Shown: positions 51,193 through 63,364, counted from the first letter of the stretch. The stretch: DNA of 64,000 bases from Camelus dromedarius (GCF_036321535.1 NC_087437.1:34040001-34104000), one strand, 5' to 3'. Program-made: numbers and translations. The notes: a model not told the origin generated them from the letters alone.

Positions 51193-54100
51193 GTAGTGCT
51201 AGCCCGGCCAGCTCCAGACCCTGCCGCTCACACAGCCCCCAGAAACACATTTAAGACTCTGCACTCCGCATACATTTCTAAGTTGACTTCAAAATTTGTC
51301 CATCATATATTTAAAGAATTACAAAGAATATCATTTTCAGAACTTTCTAAATATAAACATTTAAAAATATATCTGATGTATCCAAGGAACGTGCCTTTTT
51401 TTAAACATTTTTTATTGAGTTATAGTCATTTTACAATGTTGTGTCAAATTCCTGTGTAGAGCACAATTTTTCATTTGTACATGAACATACATACACTTAT
51501 TGTCACATTTTTTTCACTGTGAGCTACCATAAGATCTTGTATATATTTCCCTGTGCTATACAGTATAATCTTGCTTATCTATTCTGCATATGCCTGTCAG
51601 TATCTACAAATTTTGAAATCCCAGTCTGTCCCTTCCCACTCCCTGCCCCCTTGGCAACCACAAGTTTGTTTTCTATGTATATGAGTCTGTTTCTGTTTTG
51701 TATTTATGTTCTTTTTTTTTTTAGATTCCACATATGAGCAATCTCACACGGTATTTTTCTTTCTCTTTCTGGCTTACTTCACTTAGAATGACATTCTCCA
51801 GGGACATCCATGTTGCTGCAAATGGCGTTATGTTGTCGGTTTTTATGTTTGAATAATATTCCATTGTATAAATATACCACATCTTCTTTATCCACTCATC
51901 TGTTGATGGACATTTAAGCTGTTTCCATGTCTCAGCTATTGTAAATAGTGTTGCTCTGAACATTGGGGTGCAGGTGTCTTTTTGAAGTAGGGTTCCTTCT
52001 GAATATATGCCCAGGAGTGGGATTCCTGGGTCACATGGTAAGTCTATTCCTAGTCTTTTGAGGAATCTTCATACTGTTTTCCACAGTGGCTGCACCAAAC
52101 TGCATTCCCACCAGCAGTGTAGGAGGGTTCCCTTTTCTCCACAGCCTCCCCAGCATTTGTCATTTGTGGACTTTTGAATGATGGCCATTCTGATTGGTGT
52201 GAGGTGATACTTCATCGTAGTTTTGATTTGCATTTCTCTGATAATTAGTGATATTGAACATTTTTTCATGTGCCTATTGATCATTTGTATTTCTTCCTTG
52301 GAGAATCTTGGAAGTCCTAGCCACAGCAATCAGGCAAGAGAAAGAAATAAAAGGGATCCAAATTGGAAAAGAAGAGGTAAAAGTGTCACTATATGCCAAT
52401 GACATGATACTATATATAGAAAACCCTAAAAGGTCCACACAAAAACTACTAGAAATAGTCGAATTCAGCAAGATAGTAGGTTACAAGATTAATGTTCAAA
52501 AATCAGTTGCATTTCTTTACACTAATGATGAATCAACAGAAAAAGAAAGTAAAGAAACAATCTCCTTTAAAATAGCACCCAAAGTAATAAAATACCTAGG
52601 AATAAATCTAACCAAGGAGGTGAAAGACTTATACATGGAAAACCATAAACCATTGATGAAGGAAATTAAAGAAGACTTAAAAAAATGAGAAGATATCCCA
52701 TGCTCCTGGATTGGAAGAATCAATATTGTTAAAATGGTCACACTGCCCAAGACAATCTACAGATTTAATGCAATCCCTATCAAATTACCCAGGACATATT
52801 TCACAGAACTAGAACAAATCATAATAAAATTTATATGGAACCACAAAAGACCTAGAATTGCCAAAGCATTACTAAAGAAAAAGAAAGAGGCTGGAGGAAT
52901 AACTCTCCTAGACTTCAGACAATACTACAGAGCTACAGTCATCAAGACAGCATGGTATTAGTACAAAAACAGACATATGGACCAATGGAACAGAATAGAG
53001 AGCCCAGAAATGAACCCACAAACTTTTGGTCAACTAACCTTCGACAAAGGAGGCAAGAATATACAATGGAATAAAGACAGTCTCTTCAGCAAATGGTGTT
53101 GGGAAAACTGGACAGCAGCACGTAAATCAATGAAGCTAGAACACTCCCTTACACCATACACAAAAATCAACTCAAGATGGATCAAAGACTTAAACATAAG
53201 ACAAGATACAATAAACCTCCTAGAAGAAAATATAGGCAAAACATTATCTGACATACATCTCAAAAATTCTCTCCTAGGACAGTCTACTCAAGCAATAGAA
53301 ATATAAGCAAGAATAAACAGATGGGACCTAATTAAACTTACAAGCTTCTGCACAGCAAAGGAAACCATAAACAAAACAAAATGACAACCTACAGAATGGG
53401 AGAAAATTTTTGCAAACGATGAAACCAATAAAGGCTTGATCTCCAGAATATATAAGCAGCTCATATGACATAATAAGAAAAAAACAAACAACCCAATCTA
53501 AAAATGGGCAGAAGACTTAAACAAGGAATGTGCCTTTTAAATGTATCCTATGGGATTTCAATACCAAAGAAATCTGACTATCACTTCCATTAAGAAAAAT
53601 AAATAAATGAGGAAGCTTGTCTTCATTCTTAAATTTATATTCCTTTCTAGTTCTCCCCCAAAATTTAGTACTAATATAATTTAATTTAATTTTCTAAATG
53701 TTTTATTGATCACCCTATCAAAGTTTTTTACACATAAATACACATGAAAATATCAATTTAAAGCTTAAAATTTCCTGTGACCATAACATTCTAAGTAACA
53801 AAAATATACTGTGTTATTGTTACAATTACTATTATTAATCAATTGATTAAAATAACATAAGTATATTATAAACTTTGATGAACAATTACAGAACTAAAAA
53901 GGGAAATTTTATTGAAAACTCACCTTTTATTGAGAGGAGAGTTTTTCCCCAATTCATTCATGTATCTGTCAATGAATATTACTTTTTGATAGAATGAGAC
54001 AGAGTTCTCCATCATTTCTATTCCCATCATTTGCATTTATAGATGTAAACCTTGAGAAAACCTGTTCCTAAGTAAGTAGGTGGGAATAGAAGGAGTCTTG

Positions 54101-54253
54101 TACAGTGATGTCAATCAATTCTCTGAATTCCCTTTCAATTATATGCCAATAACACATTGTGATCTGTCATCAAAAATTATTTTTAGTGATCTATCAGATG
54201 ACAAATCCATTAGCTCTTGAATTTTGTTGGCAGCAAAGTGTTGGAAACCACTA
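51193..54253 (-). mobile_element. Ancient hAT-Charlie-type DNA transposon remnant, interrupted by the L1 (left boundary uncertain)
   Basis: Minus strand of ~53930-54215 translates, with frameshifts, to ELMDLSSDRSLKIIFDDRS..WHIIEREFRELIDI..LLLFPPTYL..EQVFS, resembling the hAT transposase C-terminal dimerisation domain. TIR-like TAGTGGTTTCCAAC at ~54240-54253. Confidence 0.65.
51400..53521 (-). mobile_element. 5'-truncated, 5'-inverted L1 (~2.1 kb): 3' part on - strand (51400-52305), inverted ORF2 segment on + strand (52306-53521)
   Basis: ORF2 peptides on + ([39 protein letters not shown]) and on - ([17 protein letters not shown]...HCWWEC). Poly(A) signal at 51411-51416 on -. TSD caaggaaYgtgcctttt at 51383-51399 and 53522-53538. 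Confidence 0.95.
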
Positions 54254-55155
54254 AGCTTGCAAAAATTTACTAGCCAGGCACTAGAGTCATTTACTCCCTC
54301 AGACCTGCCCCTATACCTCCCAGGGTTTCTTCATAGGTGCTTTTTCCACCTGGGGGAATGTGTCCCAGTAAGACTGGAGTTTAAAAAAAAAAAAGCCATT
54401 TATTTGCTAAGTAAGAGAAGAAGGATTGTAAAATGGAAGACGGAAAAGAAACCAGCACGACAACTTTCTCTGTGCATTCTCAGGCAGATCAACTGTGAGA
54501 AATGGTTCTAAGGAAGTTAAGGATCTAGAAATTGATTCCCCTAAAGCTATCCATGCTCATCCATTTCTTGGAAAATCTTGGTAACTCTTTTGGGATAAGC
54601 ATACTGCAGTTTGAAGACCATCGTACTAACTCATTCTTCTACCACCTTTAAATATAGCCTTCAAACTTGAGCCGCATCGTTACACCTTGTAAGTCAATCA
54701 CCGATATGTTGGGCATTCTTCCCATTATTCAACATACAACAGTCAATAAAAGAAACAAAACTCCTGCCTTCCATGCTAGTGGAAGAAATAGACAATAAAT
54801 TATCAGAATTTGACTCCATTTTACACCGAGCAAACTAAGGATGTAACAGAGTCAGAAATAGAAAGCTGGGCCATTGCTGGTTCTGAAACACAGCTGTCTG
54901 GTCTCCCCCACAGCCTGCGAGAGCAGGGTACTGTGCCTTGTCCTTCCCCAGCACCAAGCACAGTGCCAAACACATCGAAGGCTCTCCATGTGTATCTGTC
55001 TAATTAACTGAGTGAAGTTGCAAGTCAAAGAAATTGTAGTTTATCCTTCCAAGTGTCTGATACAATCGCCCTTTAAATGAGGGCTACTGTAGAGCCATTC
55101 TTAAAATCAAAGCATTTTTAGATCCAGAAGGAAACTCATTGACCACCTGATCCTG

Positions 55156-56150
55156 TTTTTCCTTCTCTTTTCTTTAAAGAAACTTCATTTTCCATCAACC
55201 ATATTTACATTTTCTGTTTAAGAGTACGTGGAGGATCAGCGTGAGACCACCCAGTGGCTGTTCCTCCCCATCCAGTGGCCTGAGCAGTGGGGGCTGCAGT
55301 CAGGTCTCAGGTGGGCAGGTCGCAGCCGGCTTCAGTAGGAACGGCTGGAGGGCACGGAGGCCACCTGCGCCTCCAGACCCGCCGGCAACTTCGAGTTGAG
55401 TAGCAATAAATCCGGGACCTAGAGCAGCCCATTCCCCCCTTAATTTCTCCTGGGTCACAGTCCTTTTCAGCAGCCGCCTGCTCTTCCTTCTCAGTCCCGT
55501 CAGGATCTCCGTGGAAGCAGAGATCAGGCCTGACCTCCCGGGGGCGCTCCCGGGGATGCGGCCGTGCGTGCGCAGAACCCCCAGGCCAGCATCATGAGTC
55601 CCGACCCGCTGGGTGAGCTCCCTTCTGGCTGCAGGGATGGCGGTGTCCACACAGCGCAGAGTCTGTGTTACAGGTCAACATCAGACGCCTCTGTGAGAGG
55701 CTAGGGGGCAGCCCTGGGATCCGTAACCACCCGCAGACACGGCTGAAGGCGGCCTGGAGCCGGTCAGTGAAGTTTCCAGAGGTGGAGCGGTACCAACGGG
55801 AGCGGCTCTGGTGGCAGCAGCAAACTTCAACACAGCTCACTGGCCAGCGTTCCTGGAGGACAGGACACTGGCATCAGCCGGGTTCTCAGTGTCAACAATG
55901 GCACCAGCTGCCAGCAGAAGCTTTTCCTACATTCTCTTCAGGTTTATGAGTTAATGCCATCACTTTTCCTTTGGAAGTGACAGCTGGTGCCACCTAAGCA
56001 GGTTCTACTGCAAGGATTTGAGGACATTCTCCTCCCTGGTTTGCAGGACATCGCAGGCGCCAGACATTGTGAAAATTCCCCTTTCAGTTATAAGACGGAG
56101 CCCAGAACAACTCCGCTGTATGGGCCCCTCTCTGGTTAGTGTGGAAAGGC
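55156..56150 (-). pseudogene. RPSA: RPSA (40S ribosomal protein SA / 37-kDa laminin receptor) processed pseudogene, full length and disabled
   Basis: Minus strand reads GCCTTTCC (5'TOP-like)...GGGGAATTTTCACA ATG TCT GGC GCC TGC GAT GTC CTG CAA (ATG at 56067; RPSA starts MSGALDVLQ). Other matching segments: SGNFTDRLQAAF, VTQEKLRGEWAALGPGFIATQLEVA, AAPTAQATGWGG. No introns; RPSA-like 3' UTR (TGGTTGATGGAAAAT); decayed A-rich tail. Frameshifts, a ~21-nt deletion (MEQYIY region), and the stop codon position (55241-55243) now reads CAC. Confidence 0.93.
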
Positions 56151-57089
56151 TTTTTTGCATTTTCTTGAAGAAGAAAAATGAAGCCTAAGAAAGTGAAGCA
56201 ACTTGTAAAGGTCACTAATCTAGTCAGTGACAGATCCTGTATTTGTGGCTAGTGGAAAACCTCTAGATACCTTTAGTCCAGGCAAATTCTGCATCCAAAA
56301 TTCCTTTAACGCAGCCCAGTTTCATAGCTGCCACTGAGAAATGTCCCTGCCCCCTACCCATGCAACCTCCCAACAAAGCTGCAGTGCCTATGTAACAAGT
56401 GAAATAAGAAAATTTTTCTCCCTCTATTTCATGAATTCCCTTGGAATTCACACACACAAAAAAACATACATCATAACAGAAATAATAGGTCAGTTGGGTC
56501 TTTTAGAGTGGCTACTTCTACAATCCAAAATGTGGTTTCTTTTCTTTAGCTTGGAGAGTATGAATGGAATTTTTAATGAATGGGAGTCTTCCACAGTTTC
56601 ACTGTGAATTTAATATCTGTAATGGAGCCCCAAGGCCAAATTTCCCATAAAGGGTTAGCAGGATTATTGGTCAGGACGATTCCTTAGACAGAGAAATAAC
56701 AGTTCAAGTGGAAATGCAGTTGCTTCTGTTCTGAGGTCTCTGGGGTAAGTCCTCGGGGTGGCTGCTGCTTCTACCAGAGGGAAGTCCCTGGTGGCTGAAT
56801 AAAGAGATTCCAAGTAAAAGAAAGGGTTGTTTTATTACCCTGGCACAAATGGAAACCAAACGAGTAAATAAAGGAAGAGCTTCTGAGAGGAGAATTTGTT
56901 GATTTGGTTTCTGAGTGTGTCCCCTGTGGTTTCATTTTGCATTTCTGTGGCATTTGGTTGAGGTAATGTGCCATGAGAATTTCTGCTCATGGCTTTCCAA
57001 TAAGAAACCCTGGAAACCACATTCAGGGGCAGGGACCAGTGGAACCCAAAGAAGAGATCATCTCACAGCTATCCTTTGACCTCCATTGA

Positions 57090-57575
57090 TGACTACCAGG
57101 TAATTAGCTCCATCTCTGAGCTCTCTTCTGCCTTGCCAGCTGGATTTCTCACTCCATTCTGGAAGTCTCTATTTGAAGGTTCCAAAGACATCTCAAATCT
57201 ATCCTCATTATCTTTGCCCCTGAAACTGCTCTTTCTCCTGTTGTCTCTTGTTCAGCAAACAGCTGTACCACTTCTCCAGGCACCCAAGTCTCAAACTTGG
57301 ACTTCTTGACTCTTTCTCCTAAACTGCATCAAATTCAGTCATCACCAGGTCCTGTCATGGCTGCCTTCTAAGTAAATCTCCCATCTTTCTTCTCCTTAGT
57401 GGGCCCAGGGCTAATGCCTTAGTGGAGAGAGTCACCAGTTCTCACCAGGGCTGATGTAAAAACCTCCTCCCCAGAGTCCCAGCCTCCACGCAGCTCCCTC
57501 CAGTCCAACATCCAGATCATGCCTCATGCTCTTTCAGAAAAGCAAGTCCAGTTACCTACCTCTCCACTGGCAACA
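57090..57575 (+). mobile_element. L2 LINE fragment
   Basis: catctcaaat...caaattcagtcatcaccaggtcctgtc...ctccctccagtcca. Confidence 0.6.
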
Positions 57576-57964
57576 GAGGCTTCTATGAAATATGATGAAA
57601 CAGGGAGGAAACCTGTAAGTCTGGACACATGAGCAGGAATTCTAGCCCTGCTAGTCATCTTGGGCAAGTGACTTGGCCTGTCTGAGCCTCCAGCTCCTTA
57701 TCCATAAAATAAGGTATTTTGAACTAGGATAATGGATTTAAAACTTTTTAGTTCAAGGCCTACAGTAAAAATACATTTTAAACCATCACACATATACACA
57801 CATATGTATGCATAAGTGCACATCACACACAAAAATGCACACAAGAAGCACATACATGCACATGTAGACCACACACACAAACTCACACACTACACACAAA
57901 TAACATATGCACACACAATCATATTATAAAACACAAAGTTTCCCAATATGAAATGTAGCCTTCT

Positions 57965-58382
57965 GAATAAAATAATGCCATTTGCAGCAACATGGGTGGA
58001 CCCAGAGTTGATCATACTAAGTGAAATAAGTTAAACAGAGAAGGAAAAATATATGTCACTTATATGTGGAATCTAAAAAAAAAGGATACAAATGAACTTA
58101 TTTACAAATCAGAAATAGACTCACAGACATAAAAAACAAACTAATGGTTACCAAAGGGGAAGGGAGGGGGAGGGATAAATTGGGAGTTTGGGATTTACAG
58201 ATATAAAGTAAATAACCAACAAGGACCTACTGTATAGCACAGGGAACCATATTCAACATCTTGTAATAACCTATAATGGAAAAGAACCTGAAAAAGAATG
58301 GATTCATATATGTGTGTGTAACTGAGTCACTTTGCTGTACACCTGAAGCATTGTAAATCAACTATACTTCAATAAAAAAGGG
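57965..58382 (+). mobile_element. L1 3' end with degenerate TSD
   Basis: aaaataatgccatttgcagcaacatgg...ctatacttcaataaaaaa; TSD-like gaaatgtagcctt (57950) and gaaatagtagcctt (58383). Confidence 0.9.
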
Positions 58383-58504
58383 GAAATAGTAGCCTTTCTA
58401 TGTACAATATACTCTGATACTTTGTTTTTAATTTATTTATTTAATTTAATTTATTTATTTTTATTTAATTTTTAAATTTTTAATGAATGATGGAGATTGA
58501 CCAA

Positions 58505-59177
58505 GTCAGAAAAAAGAAGAGCTTCCAGAATATAAGAAGAAAGGTTAAGAAGAATTCTTTCTAAATAATAAAACCGAGCCCTCCTGGGCACAAAAGCCTT
58601 CTTGTCTCCCCCATTTCTTGGTTGTAGGAAAATGGCTTTCAGCCTCCACGACCTTCCCTGAGTTCCAAAGGGCAGATTAAGTTACTAATGAGGGGAGTGA
58701 AGGACTGAAGGAGGAAACAACACAGCAGCATGAGATCTGGTCCTGGCTCTTCCTGGGGGTGGGGCTGCGGGTCGGGGTAGGGGTGTTGCACAACAACCTG
58801 TTACAGATCTCTGAGTTCTTCTGCAGGAACTAAGGCCCCCACCCAGATGGAGGATGGTAACGTCAGGCTGAGCACAAGTTCATGGATGGACCCAGGCTGG
58901 TTGGAACTAGAAGGCTGATGATTGAGGTTCTTGGAACATCACCCTGTTACCTCACCACCAACCAATCAGAAGGAAGTCCCACACCCTGCAACCCTCCCTC
59001 CAAATTTTGCCTATAAAAACTTCTTCCCTGAAACCTACGGGGGAGTTCAGGTCTTTTGAGCATGAGCCATTGGTTCTCTTACTTGGCCCTGCAATAAACC
59101 TTTCTCCACTCCAAACTCTGACGTTTTGCTTTGTTTGGCCTCACTGTGCATTGGCACATGAACTTGGGTTCAACAAC
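58505..59177 (+). mobile_element. ERV1-type solo LTR (5' boundary uncertain)
   Basis: Ordered CCAAT (~58962), TATAAAA (~59012), AATAAA (~59093) and a terminal ...ttcaaCA. Confidence 0.7.
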
Positions 59178-59477
59178 ACTAATCCCATAAAAATTTTCAC
59201 TTTGTCATAAGGCAACCCCATATCCTAGTCAACAACTCACTACTTTGCTACTTGCAAATGTGGAAATCACAGACATCCGTTAAAAATTAACCACAGATCT
59301 CTGTTTAAAATTGTGTAATTGGCTTCATGATGGTATCCACAATTCCTCACCTCTTTAGGCAGCCACTCCCTTTTAAAACAACACACAAAAATTGTGGGAA
59401 ACAACTTTTTTTAACTTAGTAATGTATCTTGCAATCACTCTATTCAGGTATCTATACAGATACACTTCTTTCCTTCT

Positions 59478-59765
59478 TTTGTACTGAAGTATAGTCAGTT
59501 TACTAAGTCGTGTTAATTTCCGGTATACAGCATAGTGATTCAGTTATACATACATATATTCATTTTCATATTCTTTTCATTATAGGTTACTATAAGGTAT
59601 TGAATATAGCTCCCTATGCTATACAGTAGAAAACTGTTGCTTATTTATTTTATATATAGCAGTTAATATCTGCAAATCTTGAACTCCCAGTTTATCCCTT
59701 CCCAACCTCTTTTCCCCCAGTAACCATAAGTTTGTTTTCCATGACTGTGAGTCTGTTTCTGTTGT
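59478..59765 (-). mobile_element. L1 3'-end fragment
   Basis: tgaagtatagtcagttt...ctatgctatacagtag...taaccataagtttgttttc...gtgagtctgtttctgtt. Confidence 0.85.
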
Positions 59766-60599
59766 ACCTCCTTATTAATGGCTACATAGTATTCCATTTT
59801 AGAAATAGAGCCTAATTTAACTAATTCCTTATGGATGGCCATTTTGACTATATAACAAACATCCTAGAAGTGAAATTCCAAAGACAAAGAATATATGCAG
59901 TTGTCATTTGACAGATAATGCCAAGTTATCTTCCCTGGAGTCTCTACCAATTTACACCCCTACTAACCACGGATGCGTGCCGGTTATCCCAGATCCTTAC
60001 CAACTTTTGCTTGAGAATCAGCCATATCAATTCAAATCTCAGTTTCAGCGTGGGGTATGTGACCTTGAACAAGTTGCTGAACCACTCTGAGCTTCAGTTT
60101 CCCTGTCTTCTGGCAAAACCTACGAGGTTGGTATGAGGATTAAATGCAACAATGGATGCGGTAGACCTTTATAATTTATCATGTGTGTTTGGCAGGGTCT
60201 TTTTTTTTTTTACCATCCCCATCCCAGTAATATTAATATATTATTTAGCTTTGACCTGCTATTGTATGTCAACTTACAGTTGTAACAGTGTAAGTTCTTT
60301 GAGGGCAGTCTCTGTGGCAAACTCCATGCTCAATAAATGTTGACACATGATGTCCCAGAGCTCACATTTTTTAAATATGTGGTTTTCAAGTGAGTCTTGT
60401 TTATTGATGGTCTTAGCTATTTAAAGCCTTCTAAGCAGGACATACAGGACTGAAGAACTCATTGTAGATGGCCCATATCTATTACCAAAATAGTTAATTA
60501 TCATTCTGACAGAAGTTCGTTTTGGAGTGCCTTAATGTACCAAAGGGAAGTTTTCAAAACAACATTTCTTAAAGCTGTTAATTAGAATTTGAGTGTTTT

Positions 60600-61395
60600 C
60601 AACAGATTTATTGATGTATCATTTATATACCCTACAATTAACCTGTTTTAAGTATAAAATCAGTGATTTTTGGGTAAATTTTCAGAGTTGTGCAAACATT
60701 ACCAAAGTCTAGTTTTAGAGCACTTCCATCAACCCAGTAAGATTCTTGCATGCCCACCCACATCTCTACAAGTTCACCTCATCAGTTAGCCAGCGGCGAG
60801 TGGATGGTTTGCATCATCTCTGGTCCCACCCTGCACGTGCTCAAAAGGCAGCAGGGGGTATTTGGGGAACTGTTCAAGATGCTCTGTGGCTGTCTCATTT
60901 CTAGGACCTCCTTATTAAATTTCTGGCTTGTCGGCCATAGTGTTGCTTTCCCCAACCTGGACTGCAGCCTCAGGGAAACAAAGAAAGTACTGGCCTTCCT
61001 TATTCACATCATTCCTTCAACTTACAACACAACTGGGAGTGGGCTTTCCGTCTTCTGCTAAAACTCAGTTGCACTCCCTCCATCAGTGAAGCGGCAGGTT
61101 TTCTCAGTGTGTCCTGTCCTGCTAGAACCTTTTCACTGACTGAGCTGGGACGGGGCTGGGAGCAGTCCCAGTCAAGAGTGCCATAGTCTCCCGCTATTCT
61201 TACTGAGATAGAGCAGTTTTTCATGAAAACAAAAACAAAAACAAAAACAAAAACAAATGCTTCTGTTTGTTGTTTGCCTTTGGTCAATTTCCAGAGCTCT
61301 GAAATGGATGCTGTTGACAATGCTGTCTCGTTTTATCGTCGTTTTTCTAGGGAGATGGTTTGCAGACTTTCTCACTCTGCCCTATTGGAAGTCTG
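60600..61395 (-). mobile_element. L1M 3' UTR fragments, including an (AAAAAC)n repeat at ~61226-61256
   Basis: ttgtgcaaacattacca...ttttagagcacttccatc; tttggtcaatttccagagctctgaaatgg. Confidence 0.55.
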
Positions 61396-61924
61396 GGATT
61401 TGGGTTTTAAGACAAGCAGTTTTCTTCTATTTGGTTCCTCCATGTTCCAGCAGCTTTGATCCTTGGCCTCAGTGGACATTCTCCATTAAGTGATGATGGC
61501 TTTGGAAGGAGACCCAGGACCCAACATCACCGTGCCAGACCTGTAATCAGGAGGTGGCTCGACCCCACTCAGCAAACACAGTTTGTCTTGGTTCTTCAGA
61601 GATAACTTGATGGAAAAAGAGCCTAATAGGACAAGAAAGCAGCAGTGAAAAGATGTATTACACATTCAGAGAGTAATGAAACCTCCTCTTGTGGCTTCAA
61701 AGCTGAGAAGTGAACTGTTCCCCTGCCTGGAAAATCAAGAGAAGACCTTCAGACAAAAGACACCCTCATACAGGACTGTGCACAGTCAGAATTCTGGGAG
61801 AGGGCTGAAGGGCTGAAAGAAGTATTGTTTTGAGATTGACATATTTTGTTCTCTGCAGTGTAGCAAAGTCAGGGCTCCTCTTATATCCAGAGAGAGCAAT
61901 CCCTTTACTAACATATCAAGAAGG

Positions 61925-62110
61925 CAATACAGCGTAATAGTTGATGTGCAGGGTCTGGAGTCTAACTCCCTCAGCTTGAACCCCTTTCTGCCTGCCCATT
62001 TTATCTGCTGTGTGACCTTGGGGAATTTTCATAAGCTGCCTTGGCCTCGACTGCCACATCTGCAAAATAAGGAAGAAGATGATATTAACAATACCAGCCT
62101 CAGAAGATTG
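61925..62110 (+). mobile_element. MIR SINE
   Basis: ggtctggagtc...gctgtgtgaccttggggaa...catctgcaaaataagga. Confidence 0.7.
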
Positions 62111-62296
62111 GTACATGCGGAAAGTCTTAGAATCTCTCCTGACCCATCGCAAGAGCTCAACAGATGTAAGTTCTTATTAATATTTTTAAACATCGTTGTA
62201 TCTAGGGTGACCCAGTGTATCCTGTGTGAGAGGCTATTGGCCACGAAGTCTCCTCACCAGCCCTGAAATAGAGCAGGGGAGTGAGAGCAGGAGCTT

Positions 62297-62552
62297 AAGA
62301 ATAGCACAGGGAACTGAATCACTTCGCTTTATACTGGAAACTAATATTGTAAATCAACTACACTTCAATAAAATAACAAAAAAAGAATAACACAGGGAAC
62401 TATATTCAATATCTTGTAGTAACATATAATGAAAAAGAGTATGAAAGAGAACATATGTATGTATATATGACTAAAAAATTATGCTGTACACCAGAAATTG
62501 ACACAGCTTTGTATACTGACTATACTTCAATTTAACAAAAAGAAAAAAAAAA
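62297..62552 (+). mobile_element. Two tandem or nested very short L1 3' ends
   Basis: Two ...aactaYacttcaat + A-tail termini; 19-bp direct repeat aagaataRcacagggaact at 62297-62315 and 62383-62401. Confidence 0.8.
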
Positions 62553-63003
62553 TAGTACTACTACTTTCAGATGCAGAACTGTGCCCAGCAAAATGGCACA
62601 GAATCCACTCAGTATGACCCATTGGCCACCACATTCCTCAGACCTGTGTCTGGGAGCCCCTTGGGACCATCTCACCCCAATCCCCTGAGCCTTCATGCCC
62701 CCACTGTGCCTGGGCCATACCCCTACTGACCCAGCACAACTTTCCCCACACTGGGCATCCAGGAGTCAAAGGTCCCCTCACCTGGATTCTCCCAGCTCTT
62801 CCCTTCAGCTCCCACGGCCAGGTACCTAGGAGCCTGCCCTGCGCAGTTCAGCCTGCTAGCTCAGCCTGGCTCCGGGCAATGCTGACATACCCTAAGGTGA
62901 CACGGGAGCCCATAACCTGCCAAGACAGCTGGTGTCTGCCTTTCTGATCATCTGAAATTACCAGCCACCAGCTTGATGAAGACAAACTCAGTGGGAAAAA
63001 AAA

Positions 63004-63039
<36 letters not shown>
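63004..63039. repeat. Compound (TG)6(TA)12 microsatellite
   Basis: Read directly from the sequence. Confidence 0.95.
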
Positions 63040-63364
63040 CACTCCTATATATGCCATGTTCTCAGTATAGGTCAAAATTACAATTATTCCAAAATCAGAC
63101 TTCAGCTCTTGGTTAGGGCTGCCTGAAACATCACAGAATGTTTTCAACGATTCTTAATCTCTTAGAAATATAGGCCAATCCTATTTGGAGAGCTCAGTAT
63201 TAAACTCGCTAAGATTTCTTATCACATTTAACTCCCCCTTTTCATGCCATATAACATAAACTCAGATCTACACCATATGGATTTAAATGAAAAAAACTCA
63301 AGGTGAAGACAAGCAAACCAAACCAACACAAAACAAAGCAAAGCAAAGCACTAAGAAGGCTGTG

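Noticed and set aside
52308..53306. ORFs with reverse-transcriptase-like peptides
   Set aside because: Stop-interrupted L1 ORF2 pieces in a truncated, inverted copy; not a functional gene.
55300..55949. 116-, 82- and 94-aa ORFs
   Set aside because: Frameshifted or antisense readings of the RPSA pseudogene.
56619..56870. Possible ancient LTR (TG...AATAAA...CA followed by aatgg)
   Set aside because: Too degenerate to support without a profile search; no TSD or partner LTR seen.
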